The position numbers and the translations under genes are program-made. From Mycobacterium asiaticum (GTDB taxonomy: Bacteria > Actinomycetota > Actinomycetes > Mycobacteriales > Mycobacteriaceae): 32,000 nt of DNA. The notes under the pieces were generated by a model that worked only from the letters and a program-made list of their open reading frames with translations, did no database searches and had not been told where the DNA came from. Shown here piece after piece: positions 14,071 to 22,794 of this stretch. Every line of letters begins with the position of its first letter. Positions within the stretch are counted from its first letter, which is position 1. The stretch lies in NCBI RefSeq assembly GCF_001673315.1, contig NZ_LZLQ01000078.1:58578-90577 (forward strand). Reading direction: 5' to 3'.

Positions 14071-14672
14071 CGGCCATCGACTTCTACTTCGATCCGGTGT
14101 GCCCCTTCGCCTGGGCCGCATCGCGCTGGCTGCTCGAACAGGCCGATCACCGCGACCTGGACATCACCTGGCACCTGATGAGCCTGGCTGTACTCAACGA
14201 AGGCCAGGAGCCCGACTCGGAGAAAGAGCGCGAACACCTTGCGTTGTCACGTCAACTAGGGCGCGTCGTGCTCGCCGCCGTCGAAGTCAGCGGTCCCAAG
14301 TTGACCGAGCCGCTGTACACCGCGCTCGGCCGGCATCTTCACGATGCGGGCGAGGACATGACACCAGAGCTAGTCGGCGAGATTTTGTCCGAGTGCGGAG
14401 TCGACAGCAGTCTTGCCGAGGCGATGTTCGATGACGAGCGTGATGACGTGCTCAGCCTTGCGCACCAGGAAAGCCAAGATGCACTCGGCGAAACCGGCGG
14501 TTGCCCAATCCTGTGCATCGACGACAACTGCTTTTTCGGTCCGGTGCTGTGCGGAATCCCTACCGGCGACGAGGCGGACGACCTGTTCGAGGCGCTCGTC
14601 ACCCTCGCCCACTCACCGAAGTTCGCCCAGCTAAAGCGACCCCACAGGAAGCCGCCGACGGCATCCTCGTGA
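14067..14672 (+). CDS. DsbA-like thioredoxin-fold protein
   Basis: This is the C-terminal 201 aa of track ORF 13896..14672. Its ATG at 14067 overlaps the DUF302 stop in an ATGA, indicating translational coupling. The N-terminal motif [22 protein letters not shown] is typical of actinobacterial DsbA-family / FrnE-like proteins. Confidence 0.8.
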   Translation: [201 protein letters not shown]

Positions 14673-14835
14673 TCCGCCGAGCGTGAATTCCTGCCGCCGA
14701 CCGCCTCCTCGCGGCTCGCCGAGCGTGAATCCTGCCGCCACCTCGTGGACCCGCCGAGCGTGAATCCCGCCGCCGACGCCTCGTCGTGATCCGCCGAGTG
14801 TGAATCCTGCGACGCGACACGCCGAGAAGCCGTCG
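14664..14835. repeat. imperfect 35-41-bp tandem repeat, about 4.5 copies, core CGCCGAG(C/T)GTGAATCC
   Basis: Core copies start near 14676, 14717, 14752 and 14792, with a partial copy at 14820 (cgccgagaag). The first copy overlaps the TGA stop of the DsbA-like gene (ctcgtgatccgccgag), and the same tcgtgatccgccgag string recurs at 14783. Confidence 0.85.
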
Positions 14836-15245
14836 GGAAATGCACAGTCGGGATTCCCCTGCGAGACTGCAGCGGGCCGCCACCTGAGATTTTCTCAGCA
14901 AACAACAGATGCTCCAATACAGATGGCCTACCGCGCGCAATACAGGTGCTTTAGACCAAGATCAGTGCCCATCCAGGCGAGCGCTGGTGCGGGCCAGCCG
15001 CAGCGCACCGTCGCAACTGAAACCTGAGAAAAATTCACAGGAACCTGAATCCAGGGCTCTCTCCGCAGGTCAACGCCCATTTGTAGCCGCATTGACCAAA
15101 ACGTCAATTCCCATACGTTCGCAAATCAAATGTATTCACCCACTCAATCCGATATCGCATGGCATTATCGGCCCGTATCGGATGGCTTCGTGCATTGAGC
15201 AAAGACATTGCCGGAGCAACGTGATACAGAAAGGTTGACCCAGCG

Positions 15246-16640
15246 ATGAGCTTTTTCATGCTTCCCCCGGAAATCACTTCTGCCAGGATGTTCTCCGGCG
15301 CCGGTTCGGGACCCATGTTGGAGGCAGCGGCGGCCTGGCGCTCGCTAGCCACCGAATTGGATTCGGCGGCGGAGTCTTTCTCGACGTTGACATCGGGGCT
15401 CACCGCCCAGGCATGGCAGGGTCCGGCGGCCCAGGCAATGGCAGCTGCCGCGGCACCATATGCGAATTATTTGGCGACGGCGGCGGTACAAGCGGTCGGA
15501 ACGTCGACGCAAGCGCAGGCAGTCGCCGGCGCCTTTGAATCGGCACTGGCAGCCACGGTTCACCCCGCGCTCATCTCAGCCAACCGATCGAACCTGGTGT
15601 CGCTAGTGCTGTCGAATCTCTTCGGACAGAATGCCCCGGCGATCGCCGCGGTCGAGAGCCTCTACGAAGAAATGTGGGCTGCGGACGTGACGGCCATGCT
15701 CGGCTATCACGCCAATGCGGCGGCTGCGGTAGCGCAACTAATTTCGCCCGCCGCCAGCGCGTTGCCCAGCTTCGGCTACGGCAACATCGGCGAAGGCAAC
15801 ATCGGGTTCTTCAACACCGGCACCCTCAACTTCGGCCTCAACAACGTCAGCCCCTTCTTCACCCCCACCGACCCCATCACCACCTTCGGCGGCTTCGGCA
15901 TCGCCAACAACGGCACCGAACTCGTCGGCGCATTCAACACCGGCAACCAAAACGTCGGCATCGCCAACAACGGCGTCTTCAACATCGGCATCGCCAACAC
16001 CGGCACCTACAACTCCGGCCTGCCCATATCCCTGCTCACCGCACTCGGCGTCGGCAACCAAGGCAACTGGAACCAAGGCTTCTTCAACACCGGCAACCAC
16101 AACCTCGGCATCGGCCTGGTCGGCGACAACCTCATCGGCATCGGACCACTGCACATCAACGCCGCCAACCTGCCCAGCCTGCCCAGCTTCCCGAGCCTGC
16201 CCAGCCTGCCGTCGATACTGCCCGCCGCCAGCGTGTTGCCCAGCTTCGGCTACGGCAACATCGGCGAAGGCAACATCGGGTTCTTCAACACCGGCACCCT
16301 CAACTTCGGCCTCAACAACGTCAGCCCCTTCTTCACCCCCACCGACCCCATCACCACCTTCGGCGGCTTCGGCATCGCCAACAACGGCACCGAACTCGTC
16401 GGCGCATTCAACACCGGCAACCAAAACGTCGGCATCGCCAACAACGGCGTCTTCAACATCGGCATCGCCAACACCGGCACCTACAACTCCGGCCTGCCCA
16501 TATCCCTGCTCACCGCACTCGGCGTCGGCAACCAAGGCAACTGGAACCAAGGCTTCTTCAACACCGGCAACCACAACCTCGGCATCGGCCTGGTCGGCGA
16601 CAACCTCATCGGCATCGGACCACTGCACATCAACCGATAG
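15246..16640 (+). CDS. PPE family protein with MPTR-like Asn/Gly repeat C-terminus
   Basis: 464 aa. The N-terminus [33 protein letters not shown] is canonical for PPE proteins. The PPE domain is about 170 aa and includes NAPAIAA.E..Y.EMWA.DV.AM..Y. The tail is made of NxGxGNxG-type repeats ([32 protein letters not shown]). Confidence 0.92.
   Translation: MSFFMLPPEITSARMFSGAGSGPMLEAAAAWRSLATELDSAAESFSTLTSGLTAQAWQGPAAQAMAAAAAPYANYLATAAVQAVGTSTQAQAVAGAFESALAATVHPALISANRSNLVSLVLSNLFGQNAPAIAAVESLYEEMWAADVTAMLGYHANAAAAVAQLISPAASALPSFGYGNIGEGNIGFFNTGTLNFGLNNVSPFFTPTDPITTFGGFGIANNGTELVGAFNTGNQNVGIANNGVFNIGIANTGTYNSGLPISLLTALGVGNQGNWNQGFFNTGNHNLGIGLVGDNLIGIGPLHINAANLPSLPSFPSLPSLPSILPAASVLPSFGYGNIGEGNIGFFNTGTLNFGLNNVSPFFTPTDPITTFGGFGIANNGTELVGAFNTGNQNVGIANNGVFNIGIANTGTYNSGLPISLLTALGVGNQGNWNQGFFNTGNHNLGIGLVGDNLIGIGPLHINR
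15746..16634 (+). repeat. 474-bp-period tandem duplication inside the PPE gene: two 415-bp copies with 1 mismatch
   Basis: 15746..16160 equals 16220..16634 except at one position (c at 15760 versus t at 16234). The track independently shows identical antisense ORFs at 15776..16006 and 16250..16480. The protein block [11 protein letters not shown]...IGIGPLHIN therefore occurs twice verbatim. Confidence 0.95.
16170..16214 (+). repeat. 9-bp microrepeat (CTGCCCAGC-like) x5 encoding [15 protein letters not shown], the linker between the two PPE duplicates
   Basis: The units are ctgcccagc, ctgcccagc, ttcccgagc, ctgcccagc and ctgccgtcg. They read in frame within the PPE CDS. Confidence 0.85.
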
Positions 16641-16675
16641 CAGACGCTGCAGAGCAGACAGTCGCTGCCGGTAAA

Positions 16676-17497
16676 TCACCGCGGCGGAAAGTACATCTCC
16701 TGCCGCACGGTGGCCACCAAATCGCCGTTACGGTTGAACATGGTCCCACTGGCAAGAGCGATCGAGTCCGCGCTGCTCGGTGAAGACCGTTCCAGCAGTA
16801 GCCAATCCGACAATATCGCCGGAGCATGGAACCACACCGAATGGTCACGCTGCGCGGACTCACCGACACCGCCGCGTGCCACGAACGCCGGTTCGGTCAA
16901 CGTCACCGCCGACAAATAGGCGACCAGACTCGCTGCCAGCGCCGGGTCGTCGGGTACCTCTCCATCGGGCCGCCACCACATCAGGGAGCGGGCCGGCGGC
17001 GCGTCGTCGGTGTCGATGACGCGGCGCTCGAACCAACGCAGGCTTGCCCACCGCCCCTGGGTGCTCTCGCCGGACTCGGCTAAATGCGATGCCACCCACG
17101 GCAGCGACTCCGGTTGCGGCGCTTGCGGAATCGCTGGCTGGTAGACACCCTGAGCCGACGCGGGATCAGCCACCTTGAACGACGACATCGCTTCCATCAG
17201 GATCTTGCCGTCTTGCCGGGCGGTAACCCGGCGCGCTGAGAACCTGCGCCCTTCTTGCAGATCGGTCACTTCGAAGTCGACCGGCCGTCCGGAGTCGCCT
17301 GGCCGCAGGAAATAGGTGTGCACGCTGTGCGGTGCTCGCCCGGGTGCCGTATGGCTCGCCGCCAACAGAGCCTGAGCGGAAATGTGACCACCCAGGATGT
17401 GGTTGCCCGGCGCTGAAAGTTGTTGGCCGACGAAAAGCCACGGGCCAACCCGCGCAAGCTCCATGGTGGCAAGCACGTCAGCCAGCGAGGAAGACAT
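16676..17497 (-). CDS. tesB: acyl-CoA thioesterase II (TesB family, double hot-dog)
   Basis: 273 aa with an ATG start. LFVG......G..ILGGHI.AQAL.AA......R..HS.H.YFLRPGD...P..FEV..L..GR.F..R.V.A.Q.G..I......SF, followed by a second hot-dog half with D......HS.WFH, matches TesB. Confidence 0.85.
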   Translation of the reverse strand: MSSSLADVLATMELARVGPWLFVGQQLSAPGNHILGGHISAQALLAASHTAPGRAPHSVHTYFLRPGDSGRPVDFEVTDLQEGRRFSARRVTARQDGKILMEAMSSFKVADPASAQGVYQPAIPQAPQPESLPWVASHLAESGESTQGRWASLRWFERRVIDTDDAPPARSLMWWRPDGEVPDDPALAASLVAYLSAVTLTEPAFVARGGVGESAQRDHSVWFHAPAILSDWLLLERSSPSSADSIALASGTMFNRNGDLVATVRQEMYFPPR

Positions 17498-17516
17498 CGC
17501 GCGTATTTTGCCGGAC

Positions 17517-17590
17517 GGTGCCGGCGATCGCCGCGCTGGCCCAGCGATCGGTGCCGGCGATCGCCGCGCTAGCCCAGCGATCGGTCGACG
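17517..17590. repeat. 33-bp tandem duplication (2 copies plus a partial copy) that includes the 3' end of the ANTAR gene
   Basis: ggtgccggcgatcgccgcgctggcccagcgatc (17517..17549) and ggtgccggcgatcgccgcgctagcccagcgatc (17550..17582) differ at one base (17538 g versus 17571 a). That base creates the TAG stop of the upstream minus-strand gene. A partial ggt follows. Confidence 0.9.
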
Positions 17591-18270
17591 AATACGAGTT
17601 TGCGGGCCACCTCATATATAGGTGTGTTGGACTCCTGGGACAGCTTGGTCAGCAGGGTGAAAGCCTCGCTGGACGTCACCTTTTGGCTCTCCATGATGAT
17701 GCCTTTGGCCTGACCGATGATGTCGCGGGAGGCCAACGCACTGCGGAGTTCGTCGTTGCTTCTGGCGCCTGCCAGACCGACCGCTGCCTGCGCTGCCAGC
17801 GCCAGCGCAAGGTCCTCGACTTCCGGCGTGAAAGCCCCGACGTCTTCGGAGTACAGGTTGACCGTCCCGAGCTCGTTTTCATTGGTGTAGAGCTGGATCG
17901 ACAAACTGGAGCGCACTGCTGTCTGCTGGATCAGATCGGCGACGAAGTCGGGCCAACGAGTCTCTTGGTGATAGTCCTCGACGCGGACCGTGTACTGGTT
18001 CCACAGCGCTTCCAAGCAGGGGCCTTGCTGGTGCTCGTCCTGCAACCTGTCGAGCGTTCTGGGGACCGTGCCCGTGGCGGCGACCGATTCGATTGTCCGG
18101 CGGCGCCGATTGACTACAAGCGTCACGCCGGCGTGCGCCACCCCCGGCAAGATCTGGGTGGCAGTTTCAGTCACCCCACGTAATAGTTGATCTGAATCAA
18201 AATCAACGTCCTGCTGACTGTGCAAGCTGCGCGCCAGCTGCGCCAAAGTGGCATAAATATCGTCGCTCAA
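17569..18270 (-). CDS. GAF domain plus ANTAR domain RNA-binding regulator
   Basis: 233 aa. The start is TTG at 18270, with GGAG 7 nt upstream. The N-terminal two thirds are GAF-like. The C-terminus LRSALASRDIIGQAKGIIMESQKVTSSEAFTLLTKLSQESNTPIYEVARKLV matches the ANTAR consensus (L..AL..R..I.QAKGILM.......EAF..L...S...N.K...VA..). Confidence 0.85.
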   Translation of the reverse strand: MSDDIYATLAQLARSLHSQQDVDFDSDQLLRGVTETATQILPGVAHAGVTLVVNRRRRTIESVAATGTVPRTLDRLQDEHQQGPCLEALWNQYTVRVEDYHQETRWPDFVADLIQQTAVRSSLSIQLYTNENELGTVNLYSEDVGAFTPEVEDLALALAAQAAVGLAGARSNDELRSALASRDIIGQAKGIIMESQKVTSSEAFTLLTKLSQESNTPIYEVARKLVFVDRSLG

Positions 18271-18459
18271 TACCTACTCCAGGCCCTTGCTGATCAATCT
18301 GACGGCGCCCGACGTCCGACAGGGCAGTATAACGACCGCAAAGAGAGTACGGTTCGCGTAGCGACGGAGATGGCATGGTTGCCTCTGTTCTCCGCGTGAG
18401 GTGATCAGCGGCGAGCAACTTCGGTGTTGAGAAGACAGCACAGGGCCGCTGATCCCCGA

Positions 18460-19584
18460 TCACGCGCTCCATCGCCGGTAACGCTGCAGCCGCCGCAAAC
18501 CGTCCTGCGACGCCGAAGCTGCGGGCTGCAGGGCCGCACCCAGCCTCGCCCGCACAGCGGGAACGTCCAGCTCCATCCCGATAGCAACCAGACAATTGGG
18601 CACGGCCGACGCCGGTGCGTCCCCGATGTGGATCGCGCCACCTACGACATTGACGACATAGTTTCGTACGCGTGCCCGTTGCTGCACCGCCACAACGCCT
18701 TTCAGCCGGAACACGCCGGGCGGCGGTTGCTCGACAAGGTCGATCAACGCTTCGACGTCGACACACCCGCTGCTGGTGACCGTGACGGCGTCGGCCTCGA
18801 CGTGGTCGTGGGCGTGGTCGGCCTCCAGCAGCAACTCTCGAAACGACAGCTGCCCAGCGTCCTCGGCCGTGTCCGACGAGTCGAAAAGCAGCGCCGGATC
18901 GATCCGGCCATCCGTGGTGCCCACCACCTCCACGCGCGGATTGCGTTGCGATACACGTTCTTTGACGCGCTGTAGCACTGCCTGCCGCTGATCCGACCGA
19001 ACTTGGTCGAGTTTGTTGACCACGATCAACGAGGCCGCGCCGTACCGCGCCGGAGGCAGTTCGGTGCGGTCGACGGTGTCGAAATGGTTCGCGGCGTCGA
19101 TGACGTCGACGAGCCCACCGGGCCGCACCCCGGTCACCTCGCTGAATCCGATGATCCGCGCGATCGCCACGGGATCTGCCAGGCCGCTGGCCTCAACGAC
19201 GATGGCGTCCAGGCGCCGGGCTGGGTCGGCGAGCTTAATGAGCGCGTCCGGAAGGCCGCCGTCGTCGGGCAGGCAGCAGATGCATCCGCCGGCAATCGAC
19301 GCCGGTTCGTCGATCTGACCGGCGACCAGACCGGCGTCGATGTTGAGTTCACCGAAGTCGTTGACGACGACCCCGATGCGGGTACCAGGAGTGCGCAACA
19401 GGTGGTTGAGCAGCGTCGTCTTGCCCGCACCCAGATGCCCGGTGAGTGCGATCACAGGTATCGCTGACAAAACCCCTCCCCGCGTCGGCGTCCGGCCTTC
19501 CGAGGTTAACCGGCTCGCGGAGCTGTTTTCGTGGGCATGGCGACCTGCCGTAGGCTTTGCGGCGATTTGTGAAAGCTCATCCAT
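18460..19584 (-). CDS. COG0523 / CobW-family G3E P-loop GTPase (putative metallochaperone)
   Basis: 374 aa with an ATG at 19584. The P-loop is [17 protein letters not shown]. The metal-binding motif GCICC is present, followed by ..[15 protein letters not shown] and a CobW C-terminal domain (FRLKG.V........V.N.VG). The N-terminal extension of about 40 aa is uncertain. Confidence 0.85.
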   Translation of the reverse strand: MDELSQIAAKPTAGRHAHENSSASRLTSEGRTPTRGGVLSAIPVIALTGHLGAGKTTLLNHLLRTPGTRIGVVVNDFGELNIDAGLVAGQIDEPASIAGGCICCLPDDGGLPDALIKLADPARRLDAIVVEASGLADPVAIARIIGFSEVTGVRPGGLVDVIDAANHFDTVDRTELPPARYGAASLIVVNKLDQVRSDQRQAVLQRVKERVSQRNPRVEVVGTTDGRIDPALLFDSSDTAEDAGQLSFRELLLEADHAHDHVEADAVTVTSSGCVDVEALIDLVEQPPPGVFRLKGVVAVQQRARVRNYVVNVVGGAIHIGDAPASAVPNCLVAIGMELDVPAVRARLGAALQPAASASQDGLRRLQRYRRWSA

Positions 19585-19601
19585 CGAACGGACGCAAGCA
19601 A

Positions 19602-21140
19602 GTGATCATCGGAATACCACGCGAGTCCCTCCCTGGTGAGACGCGCGTCGCCGCCACGCCGCAAACGGTCGGCCAGCTCATCAAGCTCGGCTACGCGGTG
19701 GTTGTCGAATCTGAGGCCGGTGCCGCCGCGAGCTTTCCCGACGGTGCATATGTCGAGGCCGGCGCCGAGATCGGTTCGTTCGAGCAGACGTGGGCGGCCG
19801 ACGTCGTCTTGAAGGTGAACCAACCGAACGACGACGAGATCAACGCCGTGCGCGAAGGCGCCACCCTGGTCAGCCTCATCTCCCCCGCCCTGCAGCCGGA
19901 ACTGGTGGAGAAGCTCACGAAACGCCCGATCACCGTGCTGGCCATGGATGCGGTGCCCCGCATCTCCCGGGCACAGTCGCTCGACGTGCTCTCGTCGATG
20001 GCCAATATCGCCGGCTACCGCGCGGTGGTGGAGGCCGCCCACGCGTTCGGCTGGTTCTTTACCGGGCAGGTCACCGCCGCCGGCAAGGTCCCGCCCGCCA
20101 AGGTGCTGGTGGTCGGAGCGGGGGTGGCGGGACTCTCTGCGATCGGGTCGGCGGGCAGCCTCGGTGCCATCGTGCGCGCCACCGACCCGCGACCGGAAGT
20201 CGCCGATCAGGTCAAATCCCTTGGCGGCGAATACCTTTCGATTGAATCCGAGGAAGCCGAAGTTTCGGCCACCGGGTACGCCAAGGAGATGAGCGACGAC
20301 TACAAGGCGCGCGAGGCGCGGTTGTATGAGGAGCAGTGCAAAGACGTCGACATCATCATCACGACGGCACTGATCCCCGGAAAGCCCGCCCCGCGGATCA
20401 TCACCGGCGACATGGTCGCCTCGATGAAGCCGGGCAGCGTGATCGTCGACATGGCCGCGGCCAACGGCGGCAACGTCGAAGGCACCGTCAAGGACCAGAA
20501 GGTCGTCACCGACAACGACGTGACCATCATCGGTTACACCGACCTGGCCGGACGGCTGCCCGCGCAGTCCTCGCAGCTGTATGGAACGAACCTGGTCAAC
20601 CTGCTCAAGCTGATGACCCCGGAGAAGGACGGCCAGCTCGTCCTGGACTTCGACGACGTCGTGCAGCGCTCCATGACCGTGGTACGCAACGGCGAGAAGA
20701 CCTGGCCCCCGCCGCCCGTGCAGGTCAGCGCGGCGCCAGCGGTCGCCGCGACGCCCGCCGCGCCCGCCAAGCAGCCCCAGGCCAAGAAGCCGATGTCCAC
20801 TGGACGACGGCTGGGCACCGCGTTCGTGGCCGCCGCCGTGCTGTTCGCGCTCATCGCGCTCTCCCCCGCTGCCCTACAGGTGCATCTCACGGTTTTCGCG
20901 CTGGCAATCGTGATTGGTTATTACGTCATCGGGCACGTGCACCACGCGCTGCACACCCCGCTGATGTCGGTGACGAACGCGATCTCGGGAATCATCGTGC
21001 TGGGCGCTCTGCTGCAGATCGGCCGCGACGACCTCGCGATCACCGTGGTGTCAGCCGTGGCGATTCTGCTGGCCAGCATCAACATCTTCGGCGGCTTCGC
21101 GGTGACGCGGCGAATGCTGGCCATGTTCTCGCGCAGCTGA
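19602..21140 (+). CDS. pntA: NAD(P) transhydrogenase alpha subunit, single fused polypeptide (dI domain plus 4 TM helices)
   Basis: Track ORF 19557..21140. The GTG at 19602 gives [33 protein letters not shown], the canonical PntA N-terminus. The Rossmann motif [11 protein letters not shown] is present. The C-terminal membrane part ([32 protein letters not shown]...GA......INIFGGF.VT.RML.MF) is in the same ORF. Confidence 0.9.
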   Translation: MIIGIPRESLPGETRVAATPQTVGQLIKLGYAVVVESEAGAAASFPDGAYVEAGAEIGSFEQTWAADVVLKVNQPNDDEINAVREGATLVSLISPALQPELVEKLTKRPITVLAMDAVPRISRAQSLDVLSSMANIAGYRAVVEAAHAFGWFFTGQVTAAGKVPPAKVLVVGAGVAGLSAIGSAGSLGAIVRATDPRPEVADQVKSLGGEYLSIESEEAEVSATGYAKEMSDDYKAREARLYEEQCKDVDIIITTALIPGKPAPRIITGDMVASMKPGSVIVDMAAANGGNVEGTVKDQKVVTDNDVTIIGYTDLAGRLPAQSSQLYGTNLVNLLKLMTPEKDGQLVLDFDDVVQRSMTVVRNGEKTWPPPPVQVSAAPAVAATPAAPAKQPQAKKPMSTGRRLGTAFVAAAVLFALIALSPAALQVHLTVFALAIVIGYYVIGHVHHALHTPLMSVTNAISGIIVLGALLQIGRDDLAITVVSAVAILLASINIFGGFAVTRRMLAMFSRS

Positions 21141-21168
21141 GCCCGCGCAACCAACCGGAGGATTTCCT

Positions 21169-22590
21169 TTGTTCACGGTAGAAACCACCGCAACCGCGGC
21201 CTACGTCGTCGCGGCGCTGCTGTTCATCCTGGCGCTGGCCGGGCTGTCCCGGCACGAGACGTCCAGGGCCGGCAACACCTTCGGCACCGTCGGCATGGCA
21301 GTGGCGCTGGTCGCGACCATCGCGCTGGCGCTGGACCACACCATCAAGCCCCTGGGGCTGGCGCTCCTGGTGGGAGCGATGCTGGTCGGCGCCTCGATCG
21401 GGTTGTGGCGGGCCCGGGTGGTCGAGATGACCGGCATGCCCGAACTGATCGCCCTGCTGCACTCGTTCGTCGGTCTGGCCGCGGTACTGGTCGGCTGGAA
21501 CGGCTACCTGCACATCGAGGGCCATCCGCACGGCGCGGACGCCATTGCGCTGCGCGCCGAAGGCCTGGCCGGGATCCACTCGGCCGAGGTCGTGGTCGGC
21601 GTGTTCATCGGTGCGGTGACGTTCACCGGGTCGATCGTGGCGAACCTGAAGCTCTCGGCGCGGATCAAGTCCGCCCCCATGATGCTGCCGGGCAAGAACT
21701 TCCTGAACCTGGGTGCGCTGGTGGTCTTCGCCGCGCTGACGGTGTGGTTCGTGATCGACCCGACGATCTGGCTCCTGGCCGCGGTGACCGTGCTGGCGCT
21801 GTTGCTCGGCTGGCACCTGGTCGCCTCGATCGGCGGCGGCGACATGCCGGTGGTGGTGTCGATGCTGAACAGCTACTCCGGTTGGGCCGCGGCCGCGTCC
21901 GGCTTCCTGCTCAGCAACGACCTGCTGATCATCACCGGCGCGCTCGTGGGTTCCTCCGGTGCGTATCTGTCCTACATCATGTGCAAAGCGATGAACCGGT
22001 CCTTCATCTCGGTGATCGCCGGCGGCTTCGGCATCGAGGCCGGTCCGGCCAGCGACAAGGACTACGGCGAACACCGCGAAATCACCGCCGAAAGCGTCGC
22101 CGAGCTACTCGACTCGGCCGACACGGTCATCATCACGCCCGGCTACGGAATGGCTGTCGCCCAGGCCCAGAACGGCGTCGCCGAGCTGACCCGCCGGCTA
22201 CGGGCCCGCGGGGTCAACGTCCGCTTCGGCATCCACCCTGTCGCCGGTCGTCTGCCCGGCCACATGAACGTGCTGCTGGCCGAGGCCAAGGTCCCCTACG
22301 ACATCGTGCTGGAAATGGACGAGATCAACGACGACTTTGGTGACACCGCGGTGGTTCTGGTGATCGGCGCCAACGACACGGTCAACCCGGCCGCGGCAGA
22401 GGACCCGAGCAGCCCCATTGCGGGCATGCCGGTGCTGACCGTGTGGGAGGCCGACAACGTGATCGTGTTCAAGCGGTCCATGGCCTCGGGTTATGCCGGT
22501 GTGCAGAATCCGCTGTTCTTCCGGGACAACACCGCCATGCTGTTCGGCGACGCGCGTGACCGGGTGGACGCAATCTTGGCGGCGCTCTAG
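21169..22590 (+). CDS. pntB: NAD(P) transhydrogenase beta subunit
   Basis: 473 aa. The start is TTG at 21169, with GGAGGA 6 nt upstream. An N-terminal multi-TM region is followed by a C-terminal NADP(H)-binding dIII domain ([74 protein letters not shown]). Confidence 0.92.
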   Translation: MFTVETTATAAYVVAALLFILALAGLSRHETSRAGNTFGTVGMAVALVATIALALDHTIKPLGLALLVGAMLVGASIGLWRARVVEMTGMPELIALLHSFVGLAAVLVGWNGYLHIEGHPHGADAIALRAEGLAGIHSAEVVVGVFIGAVTFTGSIVANLKLSARIKSAPMMLPGKNFLNLGALVVFAALTVWFVIDPTIWLLAAVTVLALLLGWHLVASIGGGDMPVVVSMLNSYSGWAAAASGFLLSNDLLIITGALVGSSGAYLSYIMCKAMNRSFISVIAGGFGIEAGPASDKDYGEHREITAESVAELLDSADTVIITPGYGMAVAQAQNGVAELTRRLRARGVNVRFGIHPVAGRLPGHMNVLLAEAKVPYDIVLEMDEINDDFGDTAVVLVIGANDTVNPAAAEDPSSPIAGMPVLTVWEADNVIVFKRSMASGYAGVQNPLFFRDNTAMLFGDARDRVDAILAAL

Positions 22591-22794
22591 TTCGGGATGT
22601 GCTCGCGAGCGGAACCTGGCGGCGATTTTCGGCCCGGACTCTCGCAGTGCGGTTCGGCTCGAGACGATTACGTGGGTAAGGCGCCGTACGTGTCACCCAC
22701 AGGTAACATTCCGAGTGCCGAAAGCCGAGATCCCGGGGTGGGAATCTGGATAGGCTTTAGAGCGCAGCGCGCTGGTCGACGTTAGGGGGGCGAC

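Noticed and set aside
15674-16783. 369-aa Arg/Gln/His-rich ORF and 313-aa minus-strand ORF over the PPE repeat region
   Set aside because: These are alternative frames of the Asn/Gly repeat DNA. Their periodic composition only mirrors the PPE repeats. The PPE frame has the canonical N-terminal domain.
4261-17590. Whether any of the tandem repeats (4261, 4940, 14664, 17517) is a CRISPR array
   Set aside because: The units are directly adjacent, or separated only by degenerate copies of themselves. There are no unique spacers of 25-40 bp and no cas genes in the window.
21079-22074. 331-aa minus-strand ORF, plus the 312-aa and 281-aa plus-strand alternative frames over pntA/pntB
   Set aside because: They overlap the strongly supported transhydrogenase genes. 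The translations are Arg/Gly/His/Pro-rich and non-protein-like.
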